Source of the DNA: a virus
Taxonomy: Duplodnaviria; Caudoviricetes
Reading direction: 5' to 3' (one strand)
IMG/VR virus record: IMGVR_UViG_3300032247_000062
Coordinates: 1-24,721 of that record
DNA: 24,721 nucleotides
Each line of letters starts with the position of its first letter. Position 1 is the stretch's first letter. Below are positions 24,448-24,721 of this stretch, one piece after another. The notes below the pieces were generated by a model. It was given only the letters and a program-made list of their open reading frames with translations, made no database searches and was not told the DNA's origin. Both the position numbers and the translations under genes were made by a program.

Positions 24448-24710
24448 GCCATCGGCCCCCGAGCCATCGTGCCTTTAGTCGCCGCGCCAGTACCACGGAT
24501 TTTGATGCCGGTAACTTTGACATCGGCATATGGTTTAGACCGAAACTCGCCAACACTCATGGCCAAATCATCAGGTTTAATCCGCTTGCTTGCGCCGAAG
24601 CCATTGTTGCCCAAATCGACCCCGGCTTTGCCGGTCATGTCGTGAGGTTCCGCGTAAACGGAAGCAGGTCCGACTTCTTTGCCGTCTTGTTTCATGCTGA
24701 ACTTGGCCAT
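24444..24710 (-). CDS. Hypothetical protein (88 aa)
   Basis: Coupled ORF (GTGA overlap downstream). Basic C-terminus GIKIRGTGAATKGTMARGPMA. Confidence 0.75.
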   Translation of the reverse strand: MAKFSMKQDGKEVGPASVYAEPHDMTGKAGVDLGNNGFGASKRIKPDDLAMSVGEFRSKPYADVKVTGIKIRGTGAATKGTMARGPMA

Positions 24711-24721
24711 TATTTGCTGCC
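24710..24721 (-). CDS. 3' end of an upstream gene entering from the right edge
   Basis: GGC AGC AAA TAA, with TAATG overlap onto the next start, as at several other junctions. Confidence 0.4.
   Translation of the reverse strand, partial: GSK

Larger units (their letters stand above)
1..24721 (-). mobile_element. Tailed phage (Caudoviricetes) late region: virion, lysis and ejection genes
   Basis: Uninterrupted co-oriented minus-strand genes with overlapping or near-adjacent stops and starts. Includes endolysin, holin, fibre-like proteins and a giant polyvalent-type protein. No host housekeeping genes. No recognisable tail tube or sheath gene, consistent with a short-tailed phage. Confidence 0.95.

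Noticed and set aside
322-24645. Numerous plus-strand ORFs of 60-175 aa in the track
   Set aside because: All lie antisense to long, coupled minus-strand genes, and their sequences look like shadow translations with no recognisable motifs.
1-24721. tRNA, rRNA or integrase/att features, and alternative genetic code
   Set aside because: No intergenic space or motifs for them were seen, and genes are intact and tightly packed under the standard code.

Overview
The whole window is a fragment of a tailed dsDNA phage genome, probably podovirus-like and infecting a Gram-negative host (inference). All credible genes lie on the minus strand, tightly coupled. In transcription order (right to left): small virion and head-tail adaptor genes; fibre and receptor-binding genes including two beta-propeller proteins; a lysis block (GH108 endolysin, holin, two small membrane proteins) interrupted by an acidic ORF and an endonuclease VII gene; a tail hub-like protein; a needle-like protein; and four putative ejection (internal virion) proteins. 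The last of these is a giant ORF of at least 1973 aa (5919 to beyond the left edge) that the ORF track missed. It carries FtsK-gamma-like, ParB-like, zincin-like (HExxxH) and LPD38-like domains. The most striking observation is in the 1061-aa protein. An N-terminal array of 16/11-aa repeats and a C-terminal array of 33/22-aa hendecad repeats match one-to-one in exact mirror order (AABCBCDCE), suggesting a length-matched antiparallel hairpin or tube. A shared xAxGG motif also marks terminal extensions of three ejection proteins. Family assignments come from motif recognition by eye; no searches were run.
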